63,945 nucleotides of DNA, filler included, from Lama guanicoe (GCA_013239625.1; 82 parts of 79 records of this genome joined end to end with filler, not necessarily neighbours in it), one strand, 5' to 3'. Shown: positions 51,983 to 63,892, numbered from the whole stretch's first letter. The notes: generated by a model not told the origin, from the letters alone. Program-made: numbers and translations.

Positions 51983-52082
51983 NNNNNNNNNNNNNNNNNN
52001 NNNNNNNNNNNNNNNNNNNNNNNNNNTTAATTAATTAANNNNNNNNNNNNNNNNNNNNNNNNNNNNNNNNNNNNNNNNNNNN

Positions 52083-53527
52083 GATGGAATCTATTCAAAT
52101 TACATATCTCTAGGGTAGAGTTCGCTTCAAGCGGGTTTTTCTGGGATCAAATTGTGATTCGTAAACTTGGTGATAGGGAGAATCTACGAAGACAAAGAGT
52201 ATATATCAAAGTGCATAGGTAACTTGTAATCGTTTAAGCATCATTCATGAGCATATTCACAACTCACAAATGCACGTTTGAGGAATCGGTATTGCATGAA
52301 ACATTTTCGGAATGCAGAATGCCATGGTTATGTACAAAATGTAAATTACATGNNNNNNNNNNNNNNNNNNNNNNNNNNNNNNNNNNNNNNNNNNNNNNNN
52401 NNNNNNNNNNNNNNNNNNNNNNNNNNNNNNNNNNNNNNNNNNNNNNNNNNNNNNNNNNNNNNNNNNNNNNNNNNNNNNNNNNNNNNNNNNNNNNNNNNNN
52501 NNNNNNNNNNNNNNNNNNNNNNNNNNNNNNNNNNNNNNNNNNNNNNNNNNNNNNNNNNNNNNNNNNNNNNNNNNNNNNNNNNNNNNNNNNNNNNNNNNNN
52601 NNNNNNNNNNNNNNNNNNNNNNNNNNNNNNNNNNNNNNNNNNNNNNNNNNNNNNNNNNNNNNNNNNNNNNNNNNNNNNNNNNNNNNNNNNNNNNNNNNNN
52701 NNNNNNNNNNNNNNNNNNNNNNNNNNNNNNNNNNNNNNNNNNNNNNNNNNNNNNNNNNNNNNNNNNNNNNNNNNNNNNNNNNNNNNNNNNNNNNNNNNNN
52801 NNNNNNNNNNNNNNNNNNNNNNNNNNNNNNNNNNNNNNNNNNNNNNNNNNNNNNNNNNNNNNNNNNNNNNNNNNNNNNNNNNNNNNNNNNNNNNNNNNNN
52901 NNNNNNNNNNNNNNNNNNNNNNNNNNNNNNNNNNNNNNNNNNNNNNNNNNNNNNNNNNNNNNNNNNNNNNNNNNNNNNNNNNNNNNNNNNNNNNNNNNNN
53001 NNNNNNNNNNNNNNNNNNNNNNNNNNNNNNNNNNNNNNNNNNNNNNNNNNNNNNNNNNNNNNNNNNNNNNNNNNNNNNNNNNNNNNNNNNNNNNNNNNNN
53101 NNNNNNNNNNNNNNNNNNNNNNNNNNNNNNNNNNNNNNNNNNNNNNNNNNNNNNNNNNNNNNNNNNNNNNNNNNNNNNNNNNNNTGAAGTCTAAGTAAAT
53201 ATTTCAAAGTGTATATGTGCTTTGTTTGGTGGATGAAAGTTCAATAATCCACATGCTCACAACTCAGAAACGCATATTTCTCGAATCCGTCATGCATGTA
53301 TCATGTACGGAACCCGGAATGCCATGTTGATGGAATTCATGTAAATTATATATCTATTAGGTGGAAATCGCCCCAGAAGTAATTTTCTGTGAAAAATGAA
53401 CGAGTTCGAAACTGGTGTTAGGAAAAGTTTGTGAAAATGTGTACACGTGTCTAGATGAATATACTGTTTTTATAGAGAATGAAAGATCAGTAATCCACAT
53501 GACCTCAACTCAGGAATGCATGTTTGT
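52083..53527 (+). repeat. ~247-bp divergent-monomer satellite, family D
   Basis: TAATCCACATG at 53245 and 53491 (246 bp apart). Three distinct monomer types are visible. Confidence 0.9.
52120..52136 (+). promoter_or_regulatory. CENP-B box
   Basis: GTTCGCTTCAAGCGGGT matches NTTCGNNNNANNCGGGN at all 9 essential positions. Confidence 0.75.
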
Positions 53528-53627
53528 NNNNNNNNNNNNNNNNNNNNNNNNNNNNNNNNNNNNNNNNNNNNTTAATTAATTAANNNNNNNNNNNNNNNNN
53601 NNNNNNNNNNNNNNNNNNNNNNNNNNN

Positions 53628-54313
53628 TGTCTCTCGAGCTCCCCCACCCAATGACTATGGTTCCGGAATCCTGAGCCTGCAGAGGTTCCACCAACGGTCG
53701 GCAGCGCGTGGGTTCTAAGGGAATGCCTGTGCTCGTCTCCCCTGAGGGTTTTCCTCATGTCTCTGTGCCAGGGAATGCTAGGGGGGGTTGCAGGAAATCC
53801 CAGTGCCAGAGGTTGCCACCCTAATGTCAGGGAAGTTCTTCCTAGGACTTCCCCGAGCAGGGAACACCTGTGATTGAAGAGAGCTGCGTGGAGTTGTCTC
53901 TCGAGCTCTCCCACTCAATGACAATGTTTCCGGAATCCTGAGCGTTTGGAGGTTCCACCAACGGTCGGCAGCGCGTGGGTTCTAANNNNNNNNNNNNNNN
54001 NNNNNNNNNNNNNNNNNNNNNNNNNNNNNNNNNNNNNNNNNNNNNNNNNNNNNNNNNNNNNNNNNNNNNNNNNNNNNNNNNNNNNNNNNNNNNNNNNNNN
54101 NNNNNNNNNNNNNNNNNNNNNNNNNNNNNNNNNNNNNNNNNNNNNNNNNNNNNNNNNNNNNNNNNNNNNNNNNNNNNNNNNNNNNNNNNNNNNNNNNNNN
54201 NNNNNNNNNNNNNNNNNNNNNNNNNNNNNNNNNAAGGGAATGCCTGTGCTCGTCACCCCTGAGTGTTTTTCTCATGTCTCTGTGCCAGGGAATGCTAGGG
54301 GGGTTGCAGGAAA
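53628..54313 (-). repeat. 267-bp satellite, family B
   Basis: TGTCTCTCGAGCT at 53628 and 53895. Confidence 0.96.
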
Positions 54314-54516
54314 NNNNNNNNNNNNNNNNNNNNNNNNNNNNNNNNNNNNNNNNNNNNTTAATTAATTAANNNNNNNNNNNNNNNNNNNNNNNNNNNNNNN
54401 NNNNNNNNNNNNNGAACCAAGCCCTGCTTTCACCACTGTAATCCCTCTCACTATAAAAACACTTGACATCAACAAGCACAACCATCATAACTCCTGAAAG
54501 TGTTCAAAGTTCTTAC

Positions 54517-54639
54517 CTGCAGCAGAAACACTGAGGGAGGAGACAGAAGCTCCCTCAGCACTGATGCTCCCTTTTCCCGACTCCACCAGGTGAAGCTGGG
54601 CGATACACGGGGAGCAGCACACACGCCACTGAGCTGGTT
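54517..54639 (-). other. Candidate 123-nt exon next to a CpG-rich segment
   Basis: Acceptor TTTCCCTTTCACCCTCCTGCAG| and donor CAG|GTAAGA. Confidence 0.45.
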
Positions 54640-55551
54640 CTGCAGGAGGGTGAAAGGGAAAGGAGGGCAGCCCCTGGCGGAGGGAAAACTGGGGGGGACG
54701 CGGGCTGCAGCCCCGCTCGGAGGCCAGCCCCAGCCCCACCATAAGCAGTCCGCTCCCGTCCGGGTCCATAGACCACGCCCGCCCGGGACACAGCCCGCCC
54801 ATTGGTGGGGACGGGCAAGCGGCCGAGGAGAGGAAGCCCGGGAGGAGAGGACTCGCGGGCGTGAGAGGGGAAGGGGACACCAGCCTTGGACTGAGGGGAT
54901 CCCGGCTGGGTGAGAGGTGGCAGGCCCACAACTGGACCTGGACAGCTGTGGCCGGGGCNNNNNNNNNNNNNNNNNNNNNNNNNNNNNNNNNNNNNNNNNN
55001 NNTTAATTAATTAANNNNNNNNNNNNNNNNNNNNNNNNNNNNNNNNNNNNNNNNNNNNAATATGTCTTATTGGGGCTATTATCAGCATTAATAATAACAA
55101 AAACATTCTGAGGACAGCATATCATTTGGTATTTTAACACACACGAAAAAAGCCTTGGAAAAAAGTTATTGTTCTAATTAAGTCAAATGAAGGTCATTGA
55201 AAGGAAAAGTTTTAATCTTTTGGGAGAAATTGTTAGGACTTTTAGAACTTTATAGTCTCATTAAAATATCAATTAAATAATTCAGCCTAACTCTACCCTA
55301 CATAACAGGATGGAGTAACAGATATTCTAGAGAGATTTTTCAGATTTACTCGTTTTCCTATTATCTAAATAATCCCTAACGAATTAGAAAATTCAATCCA
55401 TTTCTGAGAGTAAGTAGTCTGTTATTCTGTATTCAACGCTGGAGTGAAACTTATTTCGTGTTCTTTTCGTTCATGGGAGATAGAATTTCCAAGTGCTTTT
55501 TGAATTATTTTTGTTCCTCTAAAATAAAGTGCCTTTGGTGGTGATGTCCTG

Positions 55552-55658
55552 ACTTCAGTTTCCTCCTCCCAGTTTTCCCCATGATCATTTATGACACCCC
55601 ACCTAACTTCAGTTTCCTCCTCCCAGTTTTCCCCATGATCATTCATGACACCCCACCT
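55552..55658. repeat. 54-bp tandem duplication
   Basis: ACTTCAGTTTCCTCCTCCCAGTTTTCCCCATGATC at 55552 and 55606. Confidence 0.9.
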
Positions 55659-57988
55659 GCCTTTTTAGTTATGCCTCTTAGCTGCTGAAGGGGAACAACT
55701 TCTGACAGATGACCCTGGAACCCTCCACCCATGGTTCGTTAGACGTCACACCCAGCCACCAACACTTGTCTCCTTCGCCTGAAGTACCTTTCTCTGCTTT
55801 TCTACCTGGAAGGAATCTTGCCAAGCCTTGGCAGGAAACCCTCCACCTTTTAGAGATCTTCTGCTCTCCTCTCTAGGTATGAATTGCACTTGATTCNNNN
55901 NNNNNNNNNNNNNNNNNNNNNNNNNNNNNNNNNNNNNNNNTTAATTAATTAANNNNNNNNNNNNNNNNNNNNNNNNNNNNNNNNNNNNNNNNNNNNATCT
56001 AACATTTATTCTCATATAATTTTCCCCATTTTTGCCTTTAGGATGTATTACCAAATCTCGATATTGTTCTTCATTTTTTTTTTTTTGTTTTTTCCTTTTT
56101 TTCTGCTATATTCTGCCACATTTCCTTTCTCCTTTCCCTCACGGTCCATTTGCAACTTTATTGAATTTTACTTATTTCTTTATGTAACCTAGGCTGTTTT
56201 TCAAATTATGATTGATCCATTTAAAATATCCTCTTCCTGCAATACTCTTACTACACCCACCCATCTACTCCAATTCAAAAATCTGTGTATTCCTATAATT
56301 TGAGTTTAATCATTTTTCTTCTGAGCACATTACCAGCTTCTCAGCTATGATGAATTACCTTCTGTATAAAGTTATTGCATTTTTCTTGTTTTTGGAATGT
56401 TTGTAATACTTTCTATTAGTTATGCTATATTTTCCTTCAGCTAATCAAACCAGTCCACAAAATCAGGGAATATGTTTGCCTTCCACATGTTGTATCTCAA
56501 ATATTAAGTCCATTTTTTGACTTGTGGCAGCAAGTTAGTAACCATGTGTTGAATGGATAAATGAATACATGGATAATAAATGTGAGAAACAAAATACATG
56601 GGAAAAGAAATCTAGGTCCATTCTGTAGATGTCGAGTTTTTGGTGCCTGTGATGCAACCGAGTTTGCATTTGATTTATGCAGAAAATATACACATTTGGA
56701 ATTTATGTCAGAATAGAAGTTGGAGAGTTCATGAAAATATCCATGGCAATTAATGTGGAGTTCAGTTTACATAGGTTAAGGGCCTAGACCCACAAGACTG
56801 CCTCACCCCATCTCAGACGCCAATCACAAAATAGTGCATTACTCACACTTCTGTGTGCTTCAGATATAAATTAAATTGNNNNNNNNNNNNNNNNNNNNNN
56901 NNNNNNNNNNNNNNNNNNNNNNTTAATTAATTAANNNNNNNNNNNNNNNNNNNNNNNNNNNNNNNNNNNNNNNNNNNNTGAATGGATAATACATGGATAA
57001 TAAATGCGAGAAACAAAATAAATGGGAAAAGAAATCTAGGTCCATTCTGTAGATGTTGAGTTTTTGGTGCCTGTGATGCAACCGAGTTTGCATTTGATTC
57101 ATGCAGAAAATATACACATTTGGAATTTATGTCAGAAGAGAAGTTGGAGAGTTCATGAAAATATCCGTGGCAATTGAAGTCGTGGGCACTGAATAGGTTA
57201 ACAATTCAATTCTGACATTACTTATGTGGAGTTAGCTTCAGTTTACATAGGTTAAGGGCTTAGACCCACAAGACTGCCTCACCCCATCTCAGAGGCCAAT
57301 CACAAAATAGTGCATTACTCACACTTCTGTGTGCTTCAGATATAAATTGGGAGTGAACTTGACCACTTCAAGTTTGATAATTTCTTAGAATGGCGCACAG
57401 TAAATAGTTACTGAAATATTTCGCACTGACTGTTAACTTTTCTAGTAAGAGTGTTGTAGCTCTGGTTTTATAACTTCTCCATCTTTTGGAGATACGTCAT
57501 GAAATACAAATGGGTGAAATGGTACTAGGTCTCAGGTTTTCTTTAAAATTAGCTTAGGTTGTGGCCAAGTGAGTGATGCAGGTGAAAACTTTTTAGAGCT
57601 ACCTACTTGAAATGGGCCGATAAACACACGGGGATTACTGTCTTCATATGTTTTAATTTTTTCATAATAAAATGATGTTTTAAAATTATGGGTCAGGGTT
57701 ACAGTTTCAGTTAAAATATAGTGAGGCTGACCCCTACCCATCTCTCCCAGTGAGTACAATTAAAAATCATGGAAAGAACATGGATGTGAGGGCTCTAAAA
57801 AGCAAATAGTAGCAGGTGGATTGGGAAAAAAATATATACATATATTTTGAAGTGCCACCTAACAAGGATGCTTGTCCCTTTGTTTTCCNNNNNNNNNNNN
57901 NNNNNNNNNNNNNNNNNNNNNNNNNNNNNNNNTTAATTAATTAANNNNNNNNNNNNNNNNNNNNNNNNNNNNNNNNNNNNNNNNNNNN

Positions 57989-58778
57989 TGCATTCCATGT
58001 TATAAATTCTGGTTTCTATATTCTCAATTCTATATTCCATATTCGTGTTCTACATTATATATTCTAAATTCTGTGTTCTGCATTCTATGTTCTAAATTCT
58101 ATATTCAGTATTCTATATTCTATATACTAAATTAGGTGTTCTGCATTCCATGTGCTTAATTCTGTATTCTATAATCTGTATTCTATGTTCTGTGTTCTAC
58201 ATTCTATAATCTAAATTCTATATTCAGTATTCTATATTCTATATACTAAATTAGGTGTTCTGCATTCCATGTGCTTAATTCTGTATTCTATAATCTGTAT
58301 TCTATGTTCTGTGTTCTACATTCTATAATCTAAATTCTATATTCAGTATTCTATATTCTATATACTAAATTAGGTGTTCTGCATTCCATGTGCTTAATTC
58401 TGTATTCTATAATCTGTATTCTATGTTCTGTGTTCTACATTCTATAATCTAAATTCTATATTCAGTATTCTATATTCTATATACTAAATTAGGTGTTCTG
58501 CATTCCATGTGCTTAATTCTGTATTCTATAATCTGTATTCTATGTTCTGTGTTCTACATTCTATAATCTAAATTCTATATTCAGTATTCTATATTCTAAA
58601 TTCTGTGTTCTGCATTCTATGTTCTAAATTTTTAATTCTAAATTCTATATTCAGTATTCTATATTTTATATACTAAATTTGGTGTTCTACATTCTATGTT
58701 TTAAATTCTATATTCAGTATTCTGTATTGTATTGTCTAAATTCTGTGTTCTGCATTACAAGTTCTAAATTCGGGGTTT
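57989..58778 (+). repeat. Heptamer satellite family A with about four identical 119-bp units
   Basis: TTAGGTG at 58132, 58251, 58370 and 58489. Confidence 0.96.
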
Positions 58779-58878
58779 NNNNNNNNNNNNNNNNNNNNNN
58801 NNNNNNNNNNNNNNNNNNNNNNTTAATTAATTAANNNNNNNNNNNNNNNNNNNNNNNNNNNNNNNNNNNNNNNNNNNN

Positions 58879-59438
58879 ACCGGCATTAGGAAACAGATTG
58901 AGAAAACTGAGTAATTGTCTCTCCTGCCACCTGTTCCCTTTGTGCTGAATGAACGAACGTCTTTCCACATGCTCCGTTCTGAGAGATAAGTGTGTGTGAA
59001 AGCCGTCCTTCACCTAGCTTGAAAAGAACACAAAGTTACTTTTCAGGTGCTATCTCCACTTCTCACATATATATGGGGAGGAACAAACTCCATCTCGTTT
59101 TACAGTGAAAACATGCAGGAATGCAGGAACTTCCAACCGGCACTAGGAAACAGACTGAGAAACCAGAGTAAATGTTTCACCTGCAACCCATTCCCTTTGT
59201 GCTAGATGAATGAACGTCTCTCCACATGCTCAGTTCTGAGACATAAGTGTTTGTGAAATCCGTCCTTCACATAGCTTGAAGGGAACACAAAGATTTTTTT
59301 GATTTTCAAACTCAACTAAATATATATATGTGTGGGGACGTACAAGCTCCAACTCGATTTTACAGTGAAAACTGCAGGAACTTCAATCAGGCACTTGGAA
59401 ACAGACTGAAAAACAGAGTAAGTGTTTCTCCTGCAACC
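58879..59438 (+). repeat. ~248-bp satellite, family C
   Basis: The GGCAC/TTAGGAAACAGA-type motif recurs at ~250-bp spacing. Confidence 0.95.
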
Positions 59439-59538
59439 NNNNNNNNNNNNNNNNNNNNNNNNNNNNNNNNNNNNNNNNNNNNTTAATTAATTAANNNNNN
59501 NNNNNNNNNNNNNNNNNNNNNNNNNNNNNNNNNNNNNN

Positions 59539-60389
59539 GTCTATCTCCAATTGCTGGTGTTGCCTTTGTTGTGATGAACCCCGCATAGTAATTCGATTAA
59601 GATAACCTCATTTTGATTACGCTTATCTCACAAATCTGAAAGAGCACAGGACACTTCCTCAGGTGGAAACGGAGCTTCTAAAGGTTCTCAGCTCGGCATT
59701 CTACTCTATGTTATTTTGGAGTGTTTCCAGAAGAGCAGAGTGTGAGTGCGCTTGTGCTTTGTAGTGCCACGGGAATGTCCCACTGAAACCACTTCTTCCA
59801 AGAGCTTCTCTGTCTACAGAAACACCAGTGGAAGCATATCTATGGATGTCACTTATCAGGGACTGCTGGAATGATCCCGCAGCCCGAAATTGGTGTCCTC
59901 GCTGCCGATCCCTGCCGGTGCCATCCAAAATATAGCATCCGCTTTTGAGAGATAAACTGAAGGAAATCCTTCCTCTTCTCACGCTGTGGTCTTGGACCAC
60001 ACTTCCTTGTCCTCTCATCCTTGTGGCACGGGTGCACGAAGGCAACCACAGAGCTGTTGCACATCCTGTGCCTCAAACCAAACCATAATCACAGCCCAGG
60101 TTATGAATGTAGCAGATCCTAAGGCTTTTCATTCTGAATTCAAACCCAAGGCCCCCTGGATCCCTCAGACCCGTTGCACAATATCTCTGATTCAGCCCCA
60201 CACATGCTCTATTGGCAAAATGCCAAATTGTTTTCTGGTCCTGCAGATGCACTGGGTGTGGCCATGGGACATATCGATAATTTCAACTGCGCACCCCAGG
60301 GTGGTTGATTGCTCATTGGGGTCCCAGGTCGGTTTGCTCCCTTTATAGGACCCACCACATCCCACAACGCACTCCAGATCCCTGAGACT
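59539..60389 (+). repeat. Long-unit unclassified repeat, copy 2
   Basis: Colinear with 29089-29927. Confidence 0.85.
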
Positions 60390-60489
60390 NNNNNNNNNNN
60401 NNNNNNNNNNNNNNNNNNNNNNNNNNNNNNNNNTTAATTAATTAANNNNNNNNNNNNNNNNNNNNNNNNNNNNNNNNNNNNNNNNNNNN

Positions 60490-61260
60490 GGAACAAAATA
60501 TTTTTGGTTATAAACAACACTACATAAATATATATGAGGAGATTCTAGCTCCAACTCAGCTTTACAGTGAAAACTGCAGGAACTTCAAACCTGCACTAGG
60601 AAACAGTCATAGAAATAAGAGTAAGTTTATCAATTTTAAACCATTCCCTTCATGCTAGAAGAACGACCGTCTCTCCACATGTTAATTTCTGAGAGATAAG
60701 TTTGTGTGAAAGCCGTCCTTCACCTAGCTTGCTGGCAAATAAAATAAAGTTTCATTTGGAAACTACAGTACATACATATATATGGGGAGGTACTAGTATC
60801 AACTCAGGCTTACATTCAAATTTGCAGAAACTTCAAACGGGCTGTAGGAATCATACTGAGAAAACAGAGACAGTGTGTCTTCTGCAACACGTTCCATTTG
60901 TGATACATGAAATATCATCTCTCCACATGCTAAACTCTTAGAGATAAGTATGTTTCAAAGCAAACTTCACCTGGATTCCTGGGAACACAAAGTTTCTTTT
61001 CATTTGGAAATTACACTAAAAACATATACATTGGAGACAATATTTTCAACTTGATTTTACACTGAAAGCTGCAGGAATTTGAAACCAGCACTTGAAAACA
61101 CACAGAGAAACAAGAGTAATTGTTTCTCCTTCCACCCGGTCCTTTTGTGCTAGATGAATGGAAATGTCTCCACATGCTAATTTCTGAGAGAAATTTGTAT
61201 GTGAATAACGTCCTAACAAGTTAGGAACACATAGCTTCTTTTAATATGGAAAGTGCAATA
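60490..61260 (+). repeat. Diverged, AT-shifted family C satellite
   Basis: CCACATG at 60675, 60923 and 61170. Confidence 0.9.
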
Positions 61261-61360
61261 NNNNNNNNNNNNNNNNNNNNNNNNNNNNNNNNNNNNNNNN
61301 NNNNTTAATTAATTAANNNNNNNNNNNNNNNNNNNNNNNNNNNNNNNNNNNNNNNNNNNN

Positions 61361-62086
61361 CGCGTTGCCGACTCTTGGTGGAAGCTCCCCTCGCTCAGGA
61401 TCCCGGAAAAATAATTAGTGCGTGGGGGAGCTCGAGAGACAACTCCACGGAGCTCTCTTCACTCACAGGTGTTCCCTGTTCGGGGAAGTCCGAGAAATAC
61501 CTTCCCTGACCTTGGGGAGGCAGCCTCTGTCCCTGGGACTTCCTGCAAACACCCCTAGCATTCCCTGGCACAGAGACATTAGGAAAACCCTCAGGGGAGA
61601 CGAGCTAAGATTAGAACCCACGCGCTACCGAAAGTTGGTGGAACCTTCCCACGCTCAGGATTCTGGAACCATAATCAGTGCGTGGTGGAGCTCGAGAGAC
61701 AATTCCACGCAGCTCTCTTCAGTCACTGGTGTTCCCGGTTCGCGGGAAGTCCGAGAAATAACTTCCTTAACCTTCGGGATGCAGCCTCAATAACTGGGAT
61801 TTCCTGAACCCCCCGCTAACATTCCCTGGCAGAGAGATATTAGGAAAACCATCAGGGGAGATGAGCTAAGGCATTCCCTTAGAACCCTCGCGCTGCCGAA
61901 TGTTGGTGGAACCTCCCCAAACTCAGGATTCAAGAGCCATTGTGTGTGCTTGGGGGAGCTCGAGAGACAACTCCACGCAGCTCCCTTCCGTCACAGGTTT
62001 TCCCTGCTACGGGTATGTCCCAGAAATATCTTAACTTTCCTTGGGGAGGAAACCGCTGACACTGGACATGCCAGCGCAGACCCCCA
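61361..62086 (+). repeat. 267-bp satellite, family B
   Basis: GAGCTCGAGAGACAA occurs three times. Confidence 0.95.
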
Positions 62087-62186
62087 NNNNNNNNNNNNNN
62101 NNNNNNNNNNNNNNNNNNNNNNNNNNNNNNTTAATTAATTAANNNNNNNNNNNNNNNNNNNNNNNNNNNNNNNNNNNNNNNNNNNN

Positions 62187-62979
62187 ATTTAGAATGTAGA
62201 ATGTAGAACACAGAATAAAGAATATAGAATCCAGATTACTGAATATTGAATTTAGAATATAGAATGTAGAACACTGTACATAGAAAAAAGAATACGGAAT
62301 GCAGAGTATAGAATGTAGAATATAGAATGAAGAACTAGAATTTAGAACATAGAATGTGGAACACAGAATTTAGACTATAGAATACAGAATACTGAATATA
62401 GAATTTAGAATATAAATTGTATAACACAGAATATAGAATATAGAATACTTAATGCAGTATATTTAATGTAAAACATTGAATGACTAACACAAAATTTAGA
62501 ATATAGAATAGAGAATATAGAAGCCAGAACATAGAACATGGAATGCAGAACACAGAATTTAGAATATACAATGCACAATACTTAATATAGAAATAAGAAT
62601 ATAGAAAGTAGAATACTGAATATAGAATATAGAATACAGAATACTGAATATAGAATTTTGAATAAAGAATGTAGAACACTGAATATAGAATATAGAATAA
62701 AGAAACAGAATACTGAATATAGAATTTAGAACATAGAATGCAGAACACAGAATTTAGAATATAGAATACAGAATACTGAATATAGAATTTAGAGCATGGA
62801 ATGCAGGAAACAGAATTTAGAATATAGAATATAGAATGATGAATATAGAATTTAAAATGTAGAATGTAGTACACAGAATATAGAATATAGTATATGAAAT
62901 GCAAAATATAGCATGTAGAATATTGAAAGTAAAACACACAGTATAGAATAGAGAATAGAGAATATAGACCCCAGAACTT
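62187..62979 (-). repeat. Heptamer satellite family A
   Basis: TATAGAA-type 7-mers. Confidence 0.95.
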
Positions 62980-63079
62980 NNNNNNNNNNNNNNNNNNNNN
63001 NNNNNNNNNNNNNNNNNNNNNNNTTAATTAATTAANNNNNNNNNNNNNNNNNNNNNNNNNNNNNNNNNNNNNNNNNNNN

Positions 63080-63292
63080 TATAACCCACACACATCCTCC
63101 TGTATACTTGAAATCACCTCTTGATTACTTATAATTTCTAATACAACATAAATGCTATGTAAATTGTAGCTGGAGCACAACAAATTCAAGTTTGCTTTTT
63201 GGAACTTTATGAAATTTTTTGCCCTGAGTATTTTGGATCTGTGTTCGGTTGAATCCACAAATGCAGACCCCACGGATAAAGAGGGCTGACTG
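63080..63292. mobile_element. TcMar-Tigger (MER2-like) MITE end
   Basis: GGTTGAATCCACAAATGCAGA.CCCACGGATA..GAGGGCTGACTG followed by a TA target site. Confidence 0.75.
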
Positions 63293-63726
63293 TACCATGA
63301 ATCATACTGGTCACTAGGACCACAGAGATACACAGGACATAGTCCTTCTCTCCAATAAGCTCCAGTCAGTAGAAGAAGTAGACATCCATGTGTAGCACCA
63401 GTAAGACATTGTAGTAAGCACAGAACAGAACAAATATAAGGTTCTGTGTTATTGTGGACAGAGACTTGTTATAATGAGGATCAAGGTGGGCAAGGCAGGC
63501 TTTTTAGTGAAGGTTATATTGAAGCCAAACCATCTCATTTACTTCTATGTATCTTTTGTTGCATTACATTCCAAAAGCCAAATGGGTCAAGCCCTCAGAA
63601 GATCTATTGATCTGTCATCAAATCTTNNNNNNNNNNNNNNNNNNNNNNNNNNNNNNNNNNNNNNNNNNNNTTAATTAATTAANNNNNNNNNNNNNNNNNN
63701 NNNNNNNNNNNNNNNNNNNNNNNNNN

Positions 63727-63792
63727 TGGGATTTACTGCAAACACCCCTAGCATTCCGAGGCACAGGGACATTAGGAAAACCATCAGGGGAG
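63727..63792 (+). repeat. Family B satellite fragment
   Basis: CCCCTAGCATTCC...GGAAAACCATCAGGGGAG. Confidence 0.85.
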
Positions 63793-63892
63793 NNNNNNNN
63801 NNNNNNNNNNNNNNNNNNNNNNNNNNNNNNNNNNNNTTAATTAATTAANNNNNNNNNNNNNNNNNNNNNNNNNNNNNNNNNNNNNNNNNNNN

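Noticed and set aside
61478..61496. CENP-B-like TTCGGGGAAGTCCGA in family B
   Set aside because: It ends in CCGA rather than CGGG and is not conserved across copies.
62449..62937. Hydrophobic Y/I/F/S-rich ORFs (also at 4109, 32884 and 42663)
   Set aside because: They are translations of the heptamer satellite.
450..63892. TTAATTAATTAA recurring between unique segments, superficially like a CRISPR or cassette array
   Set aside because: It is always flanked by exactly 44 Ns on each side, so it is a synthetic concatenation linker. Adjacency of segments is therefore not evidence of synteny.
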